Shown: positions 7,770 to 16,393 of the stretch, piece after piece | Layout of the letters: the number at the start of each line of letters is the position of its first letter | Numbering within the stretch: position 1 is the stretch's first letter | NCBI GenBank assembly: GCA_040081625.1 | Contig: JBEBGD010000016.1 | Span: 1 to 64,000 of the forward strand | Reading direction: 5' to 3' | DNA: 64,000 bases | DNA from: Chthoniobacteraceae bacterium | GTDB lineage: Bacteria; Verrucomicrobiota; Verrucomicrobiia; Chthoniobacterales; Chthoniobacteraceae | The notes under the pieces: generated by a model | Seen by the model: the letters and a program-made list of their open reading frames with translations, nothing else | The model's database searches: none | Told to the model about the DNA's origin: nothing | Translations under genes and position numbers: made by a program

Positions 7770-10700
7770 TCAGCGGCTGATCGGCTGCGGGATGCGCAGG
7801 TAGGCGAAGAAATCGCGCAGCTCTTTTTCGCTCAGGCCCTCGAGGATGCCGTCGGGCATGAGGCTGCGTCCGGCGTTTTTCATTTCGGCGATCTGCTCCC
7901 GCTGGATCGTGAGATCCTGCCCGTCGAAGCCGCGCAGCACGACGACGTGCTCGTCCTTGTCGGCGAGGAAGCCGCTGAGCGCGCGGCCGTCCTTCGTCGT
8001 CACGAGGAAGTTCTCGAAGCCTTCGCGGATCTCCGCGTTCGGCTCGACGATGCTCAGCAGCATCGTGCCGAGGTCGTCGCGCTGATACGGCGTGAGGTTC
8101 GGGCCGATTCTGCCGCCTTTGTGGAAGAGCATGTGGCACGCGGAGCAGCGCGCCATGTAGGTCGCCTCGCCCGCGTAGGGATCGCCCGGCTTTCCGGCAA
8201 GCAGCTTGCTCAGTTGCTCCACGCGCTCGCGGGAGGCGGCGCTGGCCTTTGCCGTCGGTTGAAGATCGAGCCGCGCGACGATGTCGGGCGGGAGCGACTT
8301 TGCGGAGATCGTGCCCGCCTTCACGAGCGCGAGCAGCGCGGGCCGCCACGCGGCGCGGCTGGCGAGCAGATTTTGCGCGGCGGGCTGCGCCTCGGCCGGG
8401 AGCGTGGTGTAGGCGTTGGCGATGTCCGCGCCGATCTTTGCGTCGTCGTAGCTTTGTAGCGACGCGAGCGCGGCATTGCGCACGTCGGCGGAGGCGTCGG
8501 TGCGTGCGAGATTGAGCAGCACGGGCACGGCGCCCGCCTGCTTCACCTCGCCGAAGACGCGCACATAGGGCAGCCGCTCCTCGGGCTTGCGCTTCGCGTC
8601 CGAAGCAAGCGCGAGCGCTTCGTCGATCGCTTCGCCGCGGCGCACGCGCAGCAGCACGGAGACGTTGCCGGCCTTCGCGAGCGCGGCGACGAGTTCGTCC
8701 GGCAGTGCCGGGAGCGCGCGGCCCTTGAAGGCTTCCTCGAACGCGGCGAGCAGCGACTTGCGCTGGTCGGCCGGCGCACTTTCGAGCAGCCGGGCGCACG
8801 CGAGCAGGTCGGTGCGCGTGCTCTTCGCCGCGCTCCGGCGCATGAGCTTCGGGATCAATCCTTCGCGTGCGAGCCGGGACGACCACGCGCCGGTGGCGAA
8901 CTTCAGCACGGCCTCGCGGTCGCTGTCGCAGATCGCTTCGATCGAATACCACGCGAGCAGCGGGGTGAATTTGTCCTGCATGTCCTCGGGCCGGTCGAGA
9001 AGCGCGGTGAGAAGCTGGAGCCGCTGCTCCGGCGCGAGCCGGCGCGAAGTGGATGCGATCTGCGCACGCACTTCGTCGTTCGCTTCGCCGCGAGCGAGTG
9101 CGGTGACTGCGCCCGCCATGCGCGGCGAGAGTTCCTTGCGATCGCCGAGCAGGCGGATCGTCCACGCGCGCACCGGCGCGGCGGGATGCTTGAGCGCGGC
9201 GAGCGCGGTGGTTTCGTCGAGCGCGCCAAGCTGGTGGATGGCCCACAGCGCTTCGAGCGCGGGATGCGTCGCGGGCTGGTCGAGCAGCGCGCGGAGCTTC
9301 GGGGCGGCGGCGCGGTCGCGGCGTTCGCCGAGCAGGCGCACGGCGGTGGTGCGGTGCCATTTGTTCGCGTGGTTGAGCAGCGCGATGAGTTCGTCCGTCG
9401 TCTTCACCGAGAGATTCACGTCCTTCTCGAGCGTGCTGTTCTTTCCGCGCAGGCGGAAGATGCGGCCGCTCGTGTTGTCGATCTGGCCCTGATAGTTCTG
9501 GCCGTGCGCGATGTATTCCTCGGTGAAGTCGGCGACGTAGATCGCGCCATCCGCGCCGTTGGTGAGAAAGACCGGGCGGAAGACGATCGCGTCGGTCGTG
9601 AGCGCAGGCGTCACGTCGCTCGACTCGAAGGTCGAGCCGACCGTCGTGCGATCGGAGACGGTGAGCGTGCGGTGCAGCGGGTCGGCGCCGATGAACCGGC
9701 CCGTGTAGCTCGTCGGCATCGCGGTGCCCTCGGCGACGATCGTGTTGTGCGTGAAGCGCGCGATCGTGTTTGCGCTCTTGGTCAGCGGCATCTCCTCGAA
9801 CGAATACGGATTGCGCGGCGGCCCGAATTTCCCCGGCTCCTTGCCCTGCATGAGATAGACGCCCTCCTGCACGAAGTGCCACGCGCGCGTCGTGCCGCCA
9901 TTGTGTCCGCAAAACGCGCGACCCTCGGCGTCGAACTCGAGCCCGAAGTTGTTCCCGCCGCCTTCGCAGAAAATCTCGAACGCCTTCGACAGCGGATGAT
10001 ACCGCCACACGAGGCAGCCCTCGAAATACACGCCCTTCGAGCCGGGCGGATCGATGCCGGGGCGCACGACGCGGCACGTCACGGTCGAGCCTTGCACGCC
10101 GTAGAGCCAGCCATCGGGGCCCCACACGAGGCCGTTGCTCGCGCTGTGCGTGTCTTCGAGCCCGAAGCCCGCGAGCCGCACCTCGGGATCGCGATCGGGC
10201 ACGTCGTCGCCGTCGGCGTCCGGGTAGAACATGAGATACGGCGTGTTCATCACCCAGATGCCGCCGTAGCCGCGCAGCGCGGCATTCGCCATGTTCAGGC
10301 CGTCGAGCAGCACTTTGTGTTTGTCGAAAGTGCCGTCGCCATCGGTATCCTCGTGGATGCTGATGCGGTCGCGGCCCTTGTCATGGTTCGGCGGCGCGGG
10401 CGGCACCTTGTCGAAGACGGCGCGGTAATACATGTCGCGGCTGATCTGCCGGATGCCCGCGGGATACGGATACTGCCGATACTGCGTGACCCACAGGCGC
10501 CCGCGTTCGTCGAAGCTCATGTGCGTGGGCTGCGCGACGAGCGGATCAGAAACGATGAGATCGACGGCGAGATCGTCCGCGGGTTTGAGCTGCGCGAGCT
10601 CATCCTGCGGCGTCATGCGGATGCCGGGCATATTCTCCGCGTTCGCGGAAAGCGGCGTGGAGGATTTGCGCGCGTCCTTCTCGGTGAAAAATGCGCGTGC

Positions 10701-11177
10701 CGGCTGCTCGGTGAGCGCCGCCATCTCGGCAGCGCTCGGCTGTGTCGCCGTCGCCTCGAAAGCGGTGAACTCGATCTGGTCGAAGTAGCTCGCCATGATC
10801 GGCGCGTGGCGCAGCGCCGCCGTCGCGGGGGCACGCAGCTCGAACACGAGGCAGTTGAACTTCACGAGCTCGAGCACCTTCGGCACCTTGAAGCGTTGGT
10901 TTTCCTCCGCGCGGACCGACGCAGCCTCGGCGATCTTCTCCCCGTTGAGCCACACGACGACCGGCCCCGGCACGTCGCGCAGCGCGAGCGTCATCGAGTC
11001 GCGATACAGATCCTTTTCCTGCGGCTTGGCCCATTGCGTCGGCACCTTCACGTAGGCGCGCAGCCACACGCGCTCGCCGGAGACTGCGCCCGCCTCGCCC
11101 GGGATGGATTGCGGTTTCCACTCGGCGGCGCGGCAGTCGAGGACGAGGAGGAGCAGGAGGACGATGGATCGATGCAT
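7770..11177 (-). CDS. PVC-type heme-binding CxxCH protein (membrane-bound dehydrogenase-like propeller, HEAT repeats, cytochrome c)
   Basis: Signal peptide MHRSIVLLLLLVLDCRAA, SDPLVAQPTHMSFDERGRLWV, EDTDGDG, WGPDGWLY, HEAT-like helices, CSACH...IGPNLT...IVEPNAEIREGF, SLMPDG. Confidence 0.92.
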   Translation of the reverse strand: MHRSIVLLLLLVLDCRAAEWKPQSIPGEAGAVSGERVWLRAYVKVPTQWAKPQEKDLYRDSMTLALRDVPGPVVVWLNGEKIAEAASVRAEENQRFKVPKVLELVKFNCLVFELRAPATAALRHAPIMASYFDQIEFTAFEATATQPSAAEMAALTEQPARAFFTEKDARKSSTPLSANAENMPGIRMTPQDELAQLKPADDLAVDLIVSDPLVAQPTHMSFDERGRLWVTQYRQYPYPAGIRQISRDMYYRAVFDKVPPAPPNHDKGRDRISIHEDTDGDGTFDKHKVLLDGLNMANAALRGYGGIWVMNTPYLMFYPDADGDDVPDRDPEVRLAGFGLEDTHSASNGLVWGPDGWLYGVQGSTVTCRVVRPGIDPPGSKGVYFEGCLVWRYHPLSKAFEIFCEGGGNNFGLEFDAEGRAFCGHNGGTTRAWHFVQEGVYLMQGKEPGKFGPPRNPYSFEEMPLTKSANTIARFTHNTIVAEGTAMPTSYTGRFIGADPLHRTLTVSDRTTVGSTFESSDVTPALTTDAIVFRPVFLTNGADGAIYVADFTEEYIAHGQNYQGQIDNTSGRIFRLRGKNSTLEKDVNLSVKTTDELIALLNHANKWHRTTAVRLLGERRDRAAAPKLRALLDQPATHPALEALWAIHQLGALDETTALAALKHPAAPVRAWTIRLLGDRKELSPRMAGAVTALARGEANDEVRAQIASTSRRLAPEQRLQLLTALLDRPEDMQDKFTPLLAWYSIEAICDSDREAVLKFATGAWSSRLAREGLIPKLMRRSAAKSTRTDLLACARLLESAPADQRKSLLAAFEEAFKGRALPALPDELVAALAKAGNVSVLLRVRRGEAIDEALALASDAKRKPEERLPYVRVFGEVKQAGAVPVLLNLARTDASADVRNAALASLQSYDDAKIGADIANAYTTLPAEAQPAAQNLLASRAAWRPALLALVKAGTISAKSLPPDIVARLDLQPTAKASAASRERVEQLSKLLAGKPGDPYAGEATYMARCSACHMLFHKGGRIGPNLTPYQRDDLGTMLLSIVEPNAEIREGFENFLVTTKDGRALSGFLADKDEHVVVLRGFDGQDLTIQREQIAEMKNAGRSLMPDGILEGLSEKELRDFFAYLRIPQPISR

Positions 11178-11236
11178 GGGAGATTCGGGGAAAGGCGGGT
11201 TGAAGGCGGGACGGGCTACCCTACTGTCCGCAGCCA

Positions 11237-11761
11237 ATGCTCAGTGAGGACAATTTTCAATACGCCATCGAGAACACGCGCGTGGTGCGCGCGCCCGAGC
11301 AGCGCATCCGGACCTTTGGCAGCACGAGCTTCCGGTTTTTCCTCGTGAGCGAACTCATGGATGGGGTCAATCAGGTGCGCGTCCGCGACGGGAAGCTGCA
11401 CGCGGAGCGGCCGGCGATCATCACGCCCGAGCACATCAGGCGCGACTTGCTCGAGGGTTTCGGGGAGAAGGCGCACGAGTTTCTCGGCTGGATGGAGGAC
11501 CACATGCGCGACCTCGCGATCCTCAAATACGGGTTCCAATTCAAGAAGACCGACATCAGCGAGGAGGTCGTCCATTGCCCGCTCGAAGACGTCGTCGGGC
11601 GGCTCAACGAAGAGCTGGCGCGGCGCGCGGACCCGATGAGCACGATCATCCAGGGCGTCGATGAAGGCTGGGAAGTCTGCCTGCTCAAGTTCACCGCCGA
11701 CATGATCCAGGACTCCGCACCGGGAAATGTCAGCGACTGGAAGCGGCGGGGGTTGTTGTGA
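11237..11761 (+). CDS. Conserved hypothetical protein
   Basis: Natural-looking globular 174-aa ORF (YAIENTRVV...TFGSTSFRFFLVSELMD...WEVCLLKF) in the expected codon style; TACTGT -10-like box just upstream. Confidence 0.85.
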   Translation: MLSEDNFQYAIENTRVVRAPEQRIRTFGSTSFRFFLVSELMDGVNQVRVRDGKLHAERPAIITPEHIRRDLLEGFGEKAHEFLGWMEDHMRDLAILKYGFQFKKTDISEEVVHCPLEDVVGRLNEELARRADPMSTIIQGVDEGWEVCLLKFTADMIQDSAPGNVSDWKRRGLL

Positions 11762-11845
11762 AGGGAACAATGTGGACACAGGCGGCGCGTCTTGAGCTTC
11801 CCAATCGTCCTTCGGTCCGCTAATCCATAGGTCCGCGTTTTCCCG

Positions 11846-12712
11846 ATGGGCGCATTCATCGCCAAGACTATCTTCATTCTCCTGCTCGCCGCCGCGATCT
11901 TCGGCGGCGCGTGGTATTATACCGACAAGCTTTTCCTCAAGCCGCAGGAAGCGCTCGTGGCCGAGAAGAACGCGCCGGCGACACCGCTGCCGCCGGATCC
12001 CGCGCTGCCGGAATTCATCAAGGCGGCCGAGCTGATGCAAAGCGGCGACCTGCTCGGGGCGCGCGATGCGTTCACGCGCTTCGTCGAGCAGAATCCGCAT
12101 TCGCTGAAGCTCGACGCGGCGAAGGATCTCCTCGGCACGATCAACACCGACATCTTCCTCTCGACCAAACCCGCGCCGGAGAAGCAGGTCTATGTGGTCA
12201 AGCGCGGGGACGTGCTGAACAAGGTCGCGCGGATCACGAAGACCACGCCGGAGCTGATCATGCGCGCCAATGGGATGACCGGCATCATGCTGCGGATCGA
12301 CCAGCGGCTCTACTACGCCCCGGCTGAGTTCTCGCTCGTCATCGACAAGCAAAAGCAGAAGATCGTGCTTTTGAACCGAGGAAAATTCTTCAAGCAATAC
12401 CCCATCACCACGCTGCCGCCCGCGAAGAAAGCGGCGCCGGGGCCCGTGGTCAAAAAGCTGGGCAAGGTGCTCGAGAAAATCGCGTGGGGCCCGAGCGGCG
12501 CACGGGTGATCTTCACCGACAAGGAATATGCGGAGGCGAATTTCTGGGTGAGCTTCAGCGTGTCGGGGCATACGCTCTACTCCGATCCCGATCCAAGCTC
12601 CGGGCAGAAGCCCAACAAGCCGCCGACCGGCGGCATCGGCGTGGCGCCCGAGGCCGTCGCCGAACTCGCCATCATGCTCACCAAGGGCAACCCGGTAACG
12701 ATCGAAAACTAA
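11846..12712 (+). CDS. Membrane-anchored LysM protein with degenerate YkuD (L,D-transpeptidase-like) domain
   Basis: N-terminal TM, TPR-like helix pair, LysM YVVKRGDVLNKVARITKTTPELIMRANG, YkuD-like FSLVIDKQKQKIVLLNRGKFFKQYPI ... ELAIMLTKGNPVTIE. Confidence 0.85.
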   Translation: MGAFIAKTIFILLLAAAIFGGAWYYTDKLFLKPQEALVAEKNAPATPLPPDPALPEFIKAAELMQSGDLLGARDAFTRFVEQNPHSLKLDAAKDLLGTINTDIFLSTKPAPEKQVYVVKRGDVLNKVARITKTTPELIMRANGMTGIMLRIDQRLYYAPAEFSLVIDKQKQKIVLLNRGKFFKQYPITTLPPAKKAAPGPVVKKLGKVLEKIAWGPSGARVIFTDKEYAEANFWVSFSVSGHTLYSDPDPSSGQKPNKPPTGGIGVAPEAVAELAIMLTKGNPVTIEN

Positions 12713-12720
12713 CCGCGACC

Positions 12721-13680
12721 ATGAAAACTGTTCCGCTCGAATTTGAAAAACCGATCATCGAACTCGAAGAGAAGCTCGCCGACCTCAAGGCTCACAGCCG
12801 CGAGCACGACGTGGATTTCGAGAACGAGCTCCACCGCATCGAGGCGAAGATCGAGGAGACCAAGCGGCAGATTTACATGAACCTCACCGCGTGGGAGCGC
12901 GTGCAGATCGCGCGGCACCCGGCGCGGCCTTACACGCTCGATTACCTCGGGCTATCGTTCAGCGATTTCCTCGAGATCCACGGCGATCGCTGCTTCGGCG
13001 AAGACCGCGCGATGCCCGGCGGCTTTGCGATGATCGAGCAGCGCAAGTGTGTCGTCATCGGTCATCAAAAAGGCCGCGAACTGAAGGAGAACATCAAGCG
13101 CAACTTCGGCTGCGCGAACCCCGAGGGCTACCGCAAGGCGCTGCGCCTGATGCGGCTCGCGGAGAAATTTCGGCTGCCCTTCGTCTCGCTCATCGACACG
13201 CCCGGCGCGTATCCGGGCATCGGCAGCGAGGAGCGCCACATCAGCGAAGCCATCGCCGTGAACCTGCGCGAAATGATGACGCTGCGCACTCCGATCGTCT
13301 CGATCGTCATCGGCGAAGGCGGCAGCGGCGGCGCGCTCGGCATCGGCGTCGCCGATCGCGTGCTCATGCTCGAAAACTCCTACTACTCGGTCATCAGTCC
13401 CGAGGGCTGCGCGGCGATCCTTTGGAAGCACCGCAAGCACGCGCCCGAGGCCGCGAGCGCGCTCAAGCTCACGGCGAACGATCTGCTCGATCTCAAGATC
13501 ATCGACGAAGTCGTCCCCGAGCCGCTCGGCGGCGCGCACCAGGATCACGCCGCCGCGATTGACAACCTGCGCACCGCCATCGCGCACCAGCTCGACGACC
13601 TTTGCGACATCCCGACCGATAAACTGCTCGAGCGCCGCTACGAGAAGTTCCGGAGGATCGGGGAGTTCAAGGGCGGGTGA
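12721..13680 (+). CDS. accA: Acetyl-CoA carboxylase carboxyltransferase alpha subunit
   Basis: LEFEKPI, WERVQIARHPARP, GHQKGR, PEGYRKALRLM, IDTPGAYPG, GEGGSGGAL, YSVISPEGCAAILW. Confidence 0.98.
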   Translation: MKTVPLEFEKPIIELEEKLADLKAHSREHDVDFENELHRIEAKIEETKRQIYMNLTAWERVQIARHPARPYTLDYLGLSFSDFLEIHGDRCFGEDRAMPGGFAMIEQRKCVVIGHQKGRELKENIKRNFGCANPEGYRKALRLMRLAEKFRLPFVSLIDTPGAYPGIGSEERHISEAIAVNLREMMTLRTPIVSIVIGEGGSGGALGIGVADRVLMLENSYYSVISPEGCAAILWKHRKHAPEAASALKLTANDLLDLKIIDEVVPEPLGGAHQDHAAAIDNLRTAIAHQLDDLCDIPTDKLLERRYEKFRRIGEFKGG

Positions 13681-13703
13681 GGCGGCAGACGTTGGAACTG
13701 AGA

Positions 13704-14015
13704 ATGATGAAGACCTCCACGCCCCTTCTGTGCCTGCTCATTTCCGGGTGCGTTCCCCCTTCACCGAGAACAGTCGAGAGTTTTAAGAGCGACGCAGGCA
13801 GCGTCATTCGCAGCTTGGAAAAGCGCTATGCTGAAGCCCGCGAGTATCCGAAAACCTTGCCTCCCGAATTGGGATTAGAGTGCAAAAAGATATGGGCTCG
13901 CTGGGCGTATCACAGCGATGGTTCTTCTTTTGATCTCGCGTTCGGCGACTACGCGAAGGACGGCTTTTACATCCGATGGGATTCCACTACCCGCGAGTGG
14001 GCAACGGACCTGTAA
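13704..14015 (+). CDS. Small putative lipoprotein
   Basis: MMKTSTPLLCLLISG-C lipobox; visibly AT-richer than its neighbours; YPKTL motif reminiscent of pilin/GspG-like globular domains. Confidence 0.6.
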   Translation: MMKTSTPLLCLLISGCVPPSPRTVESFKSDAGSVIRSLEKRYAEAREYPKTLPPELGLECKKIWARWAYHSDGSSFDLAFGDYAKDGFYIRWDSTTREWATDL

Positions 14016-14067
14016 AACACAACGCGCGCCGCACCGCTGCGAAGAGGATGGGGCGGAATTAGTCAGT

Positions 14068-14436
14068 TCACAGCGCCATGAGCGCTGGAAAATGGTGATC
14101 CGCAGCCTCGACCTCCAGCCCGTGATGCCGCGCGCATGCGGCGATGAGCACGTCGGGAGATGGACACGTGAGACCGGCTGCGCGTGCGGCACGCGCGAGG
14201 GCAAAGGCTTCCTTCCACACCTCGTCGCTGATTCCGAGTTCAGGCAGCGCCTGTTCGTATTGGCGGAGGATGGCCTTCTCGCGATCACCGCGCGCTCCCA
14301 TCCACAATTCCAGCCGCACGACCGGACACCAGCAAGCCTGTCCTCCGTGCAGTAGTGCATCCACCCGATGCCGCACGGCGGTGTCGCCGTCTGAGCGCAG
14401 TTGGTGAATCCACGCAGAGGTGTCCACGAGCTTCAT
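14068..14436 (-). CDS. vapC: PIN-domain ribonuclease toxin (VapC family)
   Basis: MKLVDTSAWIH, RLELWMG, PDVLIAACA, ADHHF; acidic PIN active-site residues present. Confidence 0.92.
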   Translation of the reverse strand: MKLVDTSAWIHQLRSDGDTAVRHRVDALLHGGQACWCPVVRLELWMGARGDREKAILRQYEQALPELGISDEVWKEAFALARAARAAGLTCPSPDVLIAACARHHGLEVEAADHHFPALMAL

Positions 14437-14669
14437 CGGGCGCGCCGTGGCTTGGCAGGAAGCGGCTTGTCGGTTTCCCGGAGAAGCATCAACTCGTCAC
14501 AGCTCATCAGGTCCGTGCAAGTGCCGCTGTATTTGGCGAGTTCCGCCATGCGTCGCCGGCTGTTGAAGTCCTCAAGGATCTTCACGACGGCTTCCCGTTT
14601 CGTGGCCGCGCGGGTGAAGCGCATGGCATCGCGAAGCTCCTTTTCTGGAATATCAATCGTCGTTTTCAT
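14433..14669 (-). CDS. vapB: VapB-type antitoxin (RHH)
   Basis: MKTTIDIPEKELRDAMRFTRAATKREAV; 4-bp ATGA overlap with vapC. Confidence 0.88.
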   Translation of the reverse strand: MKTTIDIPEKELRDAMRFTRAATKREAVVKILEDFNSRRRMAELAKYSGTCTDLMSCDELMLLRETDKPLPAKPRRAR

Positions 14670-14676
14670 GCTTCGG

Positions 14677-14705
14677 AGTGTGTCGCCTGAAGGAATCCCG
14701 GTCAA
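14677..14705 (-). promoter_or_regulatory. Sigma70-type promoter of vapBC, probably leaderless
   Basis: Minus strand TTGACC-17 nt-CACACT, then 7 nt to the vapB ATG; no Shine-Dalgarno sequence. Confidence 0.55.
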
Positions 14706-14775
14706 GCGTCTTGGGCATCCTCCAGGGATGCGTTCAGCGTCTCAGTCTGCGCGTGGTGGGTGATGGGATCTCAAT

Positions 14776-14795
14776 TCACGCTGAGGGCAGCGTGA
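14776..14795 (-). terminator. Hairpin downstream of the cytochrome operon
   Basis: Perfect 8-bp stem TCACGCTG-AGGG-CAGCGTGA, 9 nt past the stop at 14805; no U-tract. Confidence 0.4.
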
Positions 14796-14804
14796 CCCAC
14801 TTCG

Positions 14805-14888
14805 CTAGTGGCAGCACGTGCTGCACGCGGAGAATGCGAGCGTGAATAGTGCGGCGCAGATCGCGGTGAGGAGGTGTCGGGTGTTCAT
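14805..14888 (-). CDS. 27-aa putative lipopeptide [27 protein letters not shown]
   Basis: ATG overlaps the upstream TGA (ATGA, 14885-14888); n/h-region and lipobox FSA-C; TAG at 14805-14807. Confidence 0.6.
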   Translation of the reverse strand: MNTRHLLTAICAALFTLAFSACSTCCH

Positions 14889-16393
14889 GGTTTTGGAATG
14901 TAGAAGAGCGTGTAGTAGGCGGCGTCGTGGAGCAAGGGATCGCCTTTCGCGGAGCGCACGCCGGGCGCGTGCAATTCGTGGACGTGGCCTTCGGCGAGTT
15001 CGCTGAGCACGAGGCGCGCGCTGCGGCCATCGGGCGCGACTTTCACCGACACGATCTTCGGCGTGGTCGGGTCCACCTCGGGGCTGCCGTAGGTTTCCTG
15101 GTAGATGTAGGTGTAAGTCTCCATCGTATAGCTCGCGGGGTCGGCGGCGGTCTTCGGATCGACGGGCTCGGTGAAGGTCAGCTCGAAGCCGTCGGGCTTC
15201 ACGCGCATCTCGTGAATCTCGAACGGCACCTTGCCGGTCCACACGAGCCGCTGGAGTGCATATGGTTTGCCGCCGCGCGCGCCCCAGCCGCGATCGGTGC
15301 CATAGACGACGAGCGAGCCGTCTTGCGCGAACTCGAGCCCGAGCGAACCGGAGGCAAAGCCCGCGCGGAACGGAAAGCACGCGCCTTGATAGTGGCCGTT
15401 CACTTTCTCGAGCGCGACGCGCATCACCGTCGAATGCGACTGGTCGCCGACGAAAAGCTGGTCCTTGAACGGCCCGAACTTTCCGCCCGTCATGTCGCAG
15501 GCGAAGCCCGAGGCGGACTGGCCCATTTTCGGATACGGAAAATAGACCGCCGGCGGCAGCAGCTCGGGAATCTTCTTCGCCTCGATGTAGAGCCGGCTCT
15601 TGTCCTCGGGTCGCGCAGGCTTGCGCAGGCCGGCGTCGGCGATCGCCCTGCCGATTTTCGGATCGTCGAACCATTTGATTCCGTCGGGGTGCCCGAGGAA
15701 GGCGCCCGGCACGATTTGTTGGAGTTTGTCGGAGCCATTCCACGGGCCCTGGTTGTCGGTGTAAAAAAGATCGCCCGCGGAATTGAAGCCGATGCCGCCC
15801 GGCGAGCGCACGCCGGCGCAGGCGGGGATCGCCTTGCCCTCGGGCGTGATGCGCAGGGCCCAGCCGCGATACGGATGATCGCTGTGAAACGAGCCGGTGA
15901 GGCAGAGCACGACCCACATGTTTCCCTCGCGGTCGAACTTCGAGCCGAACGCATACTCGTGGTAGTCGCCGGCGATGCTCCATGCGTCGCTGAACGTCTC
16001 GAACTCGTCCGCGCGCCCGTCGCCGTTCGTGTCGCGGATGCGCGTCACCTCGGGCCGCTGCGTGGCGTAGAGCCAGCCGTCCTTGTCGCCGGGGCGCGTG
16101 GCGAGGCCGAGCACTTCGTGCAGGCCGCTCGCGAAGAGCGTCCATTTCGGTGTCGGCGCATCGCCGAGCACGCCCTCGGCGATCCAGATTTCGCCGATGC
16201 GCGACGCGCACGCGAGCTTGTCGGGGCCGAGAAAACTCAGCGCGCCGGCTTCGAACGTGACGCCCTCGGGAGTCGGCAGCGTGATGATTTTGTAATAGTC
16301 CGGCTCACGGGCGCTGGACTGTGTCTCGCCCTTGGCTGCGGCGAAGGCGAGGCTCGCGCTGGCGAGGAGGATGAAGAGCAAACGAGTTACCAT
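14885..16393 (-). CDS. Secreted beta-propeller protein (PVC dehydrogenase-like propeller without cytochrome)
   Basis: Signal peptide [59 protein letters not shown]; start overlaps the upstream stop. Confidence 0.88.
   Translation of the reverse strand: MVTRLLFILLASASLAFAAAKGETQSSAREPDYYKIITLPTPEGVTFEAGALSFLGPDKLACASRIGEIWIAEGVLGDAPTPKWTLFASGLHEVLGLATRPGDKDGWLYATQRPEVTRIRDTNGDGRADEFETFSDAWSIAGDYHEYAFGSKFDREGNMWVVLCLTGSFHSDHPYRGWALRITPEGKAIPACAGVRSPGGIGFNSAGDLFYTDNQGPWNGSDKLQQIVPGAFLGHPDGIKWFDDPKIGRAIADAGLRKPARPEDKSRLYIEAKKIPELLPPAVYFPYPKMGQSASGFACDMTGGKFGPFKDQLFVGDQSHSTVMRVALEKVNGHYQGACFPFRAGFASGSLGLEFAQDGSLVVYGTDRGWGARGGKPYALQRLVWTGKVPFEIHEMRVKPDGFELTFTEPVDPKTAADPASYTMETYTYIYQETYGSPEVDPTTPKIVSVKVAPDGRSARLVLSELAEGHVHELHAPGVRSAKGDPLLHDAAYYTLFYIPKP

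Noticed and set aside
14776..15030. 84-aa minus-strand ORF in the track overlapping the small lipopeptide
   Set aside because: It overlaps the propeller gene out of frame and has no motifs. The 27-aa frame has better support (ATGA coupling, lipobox).
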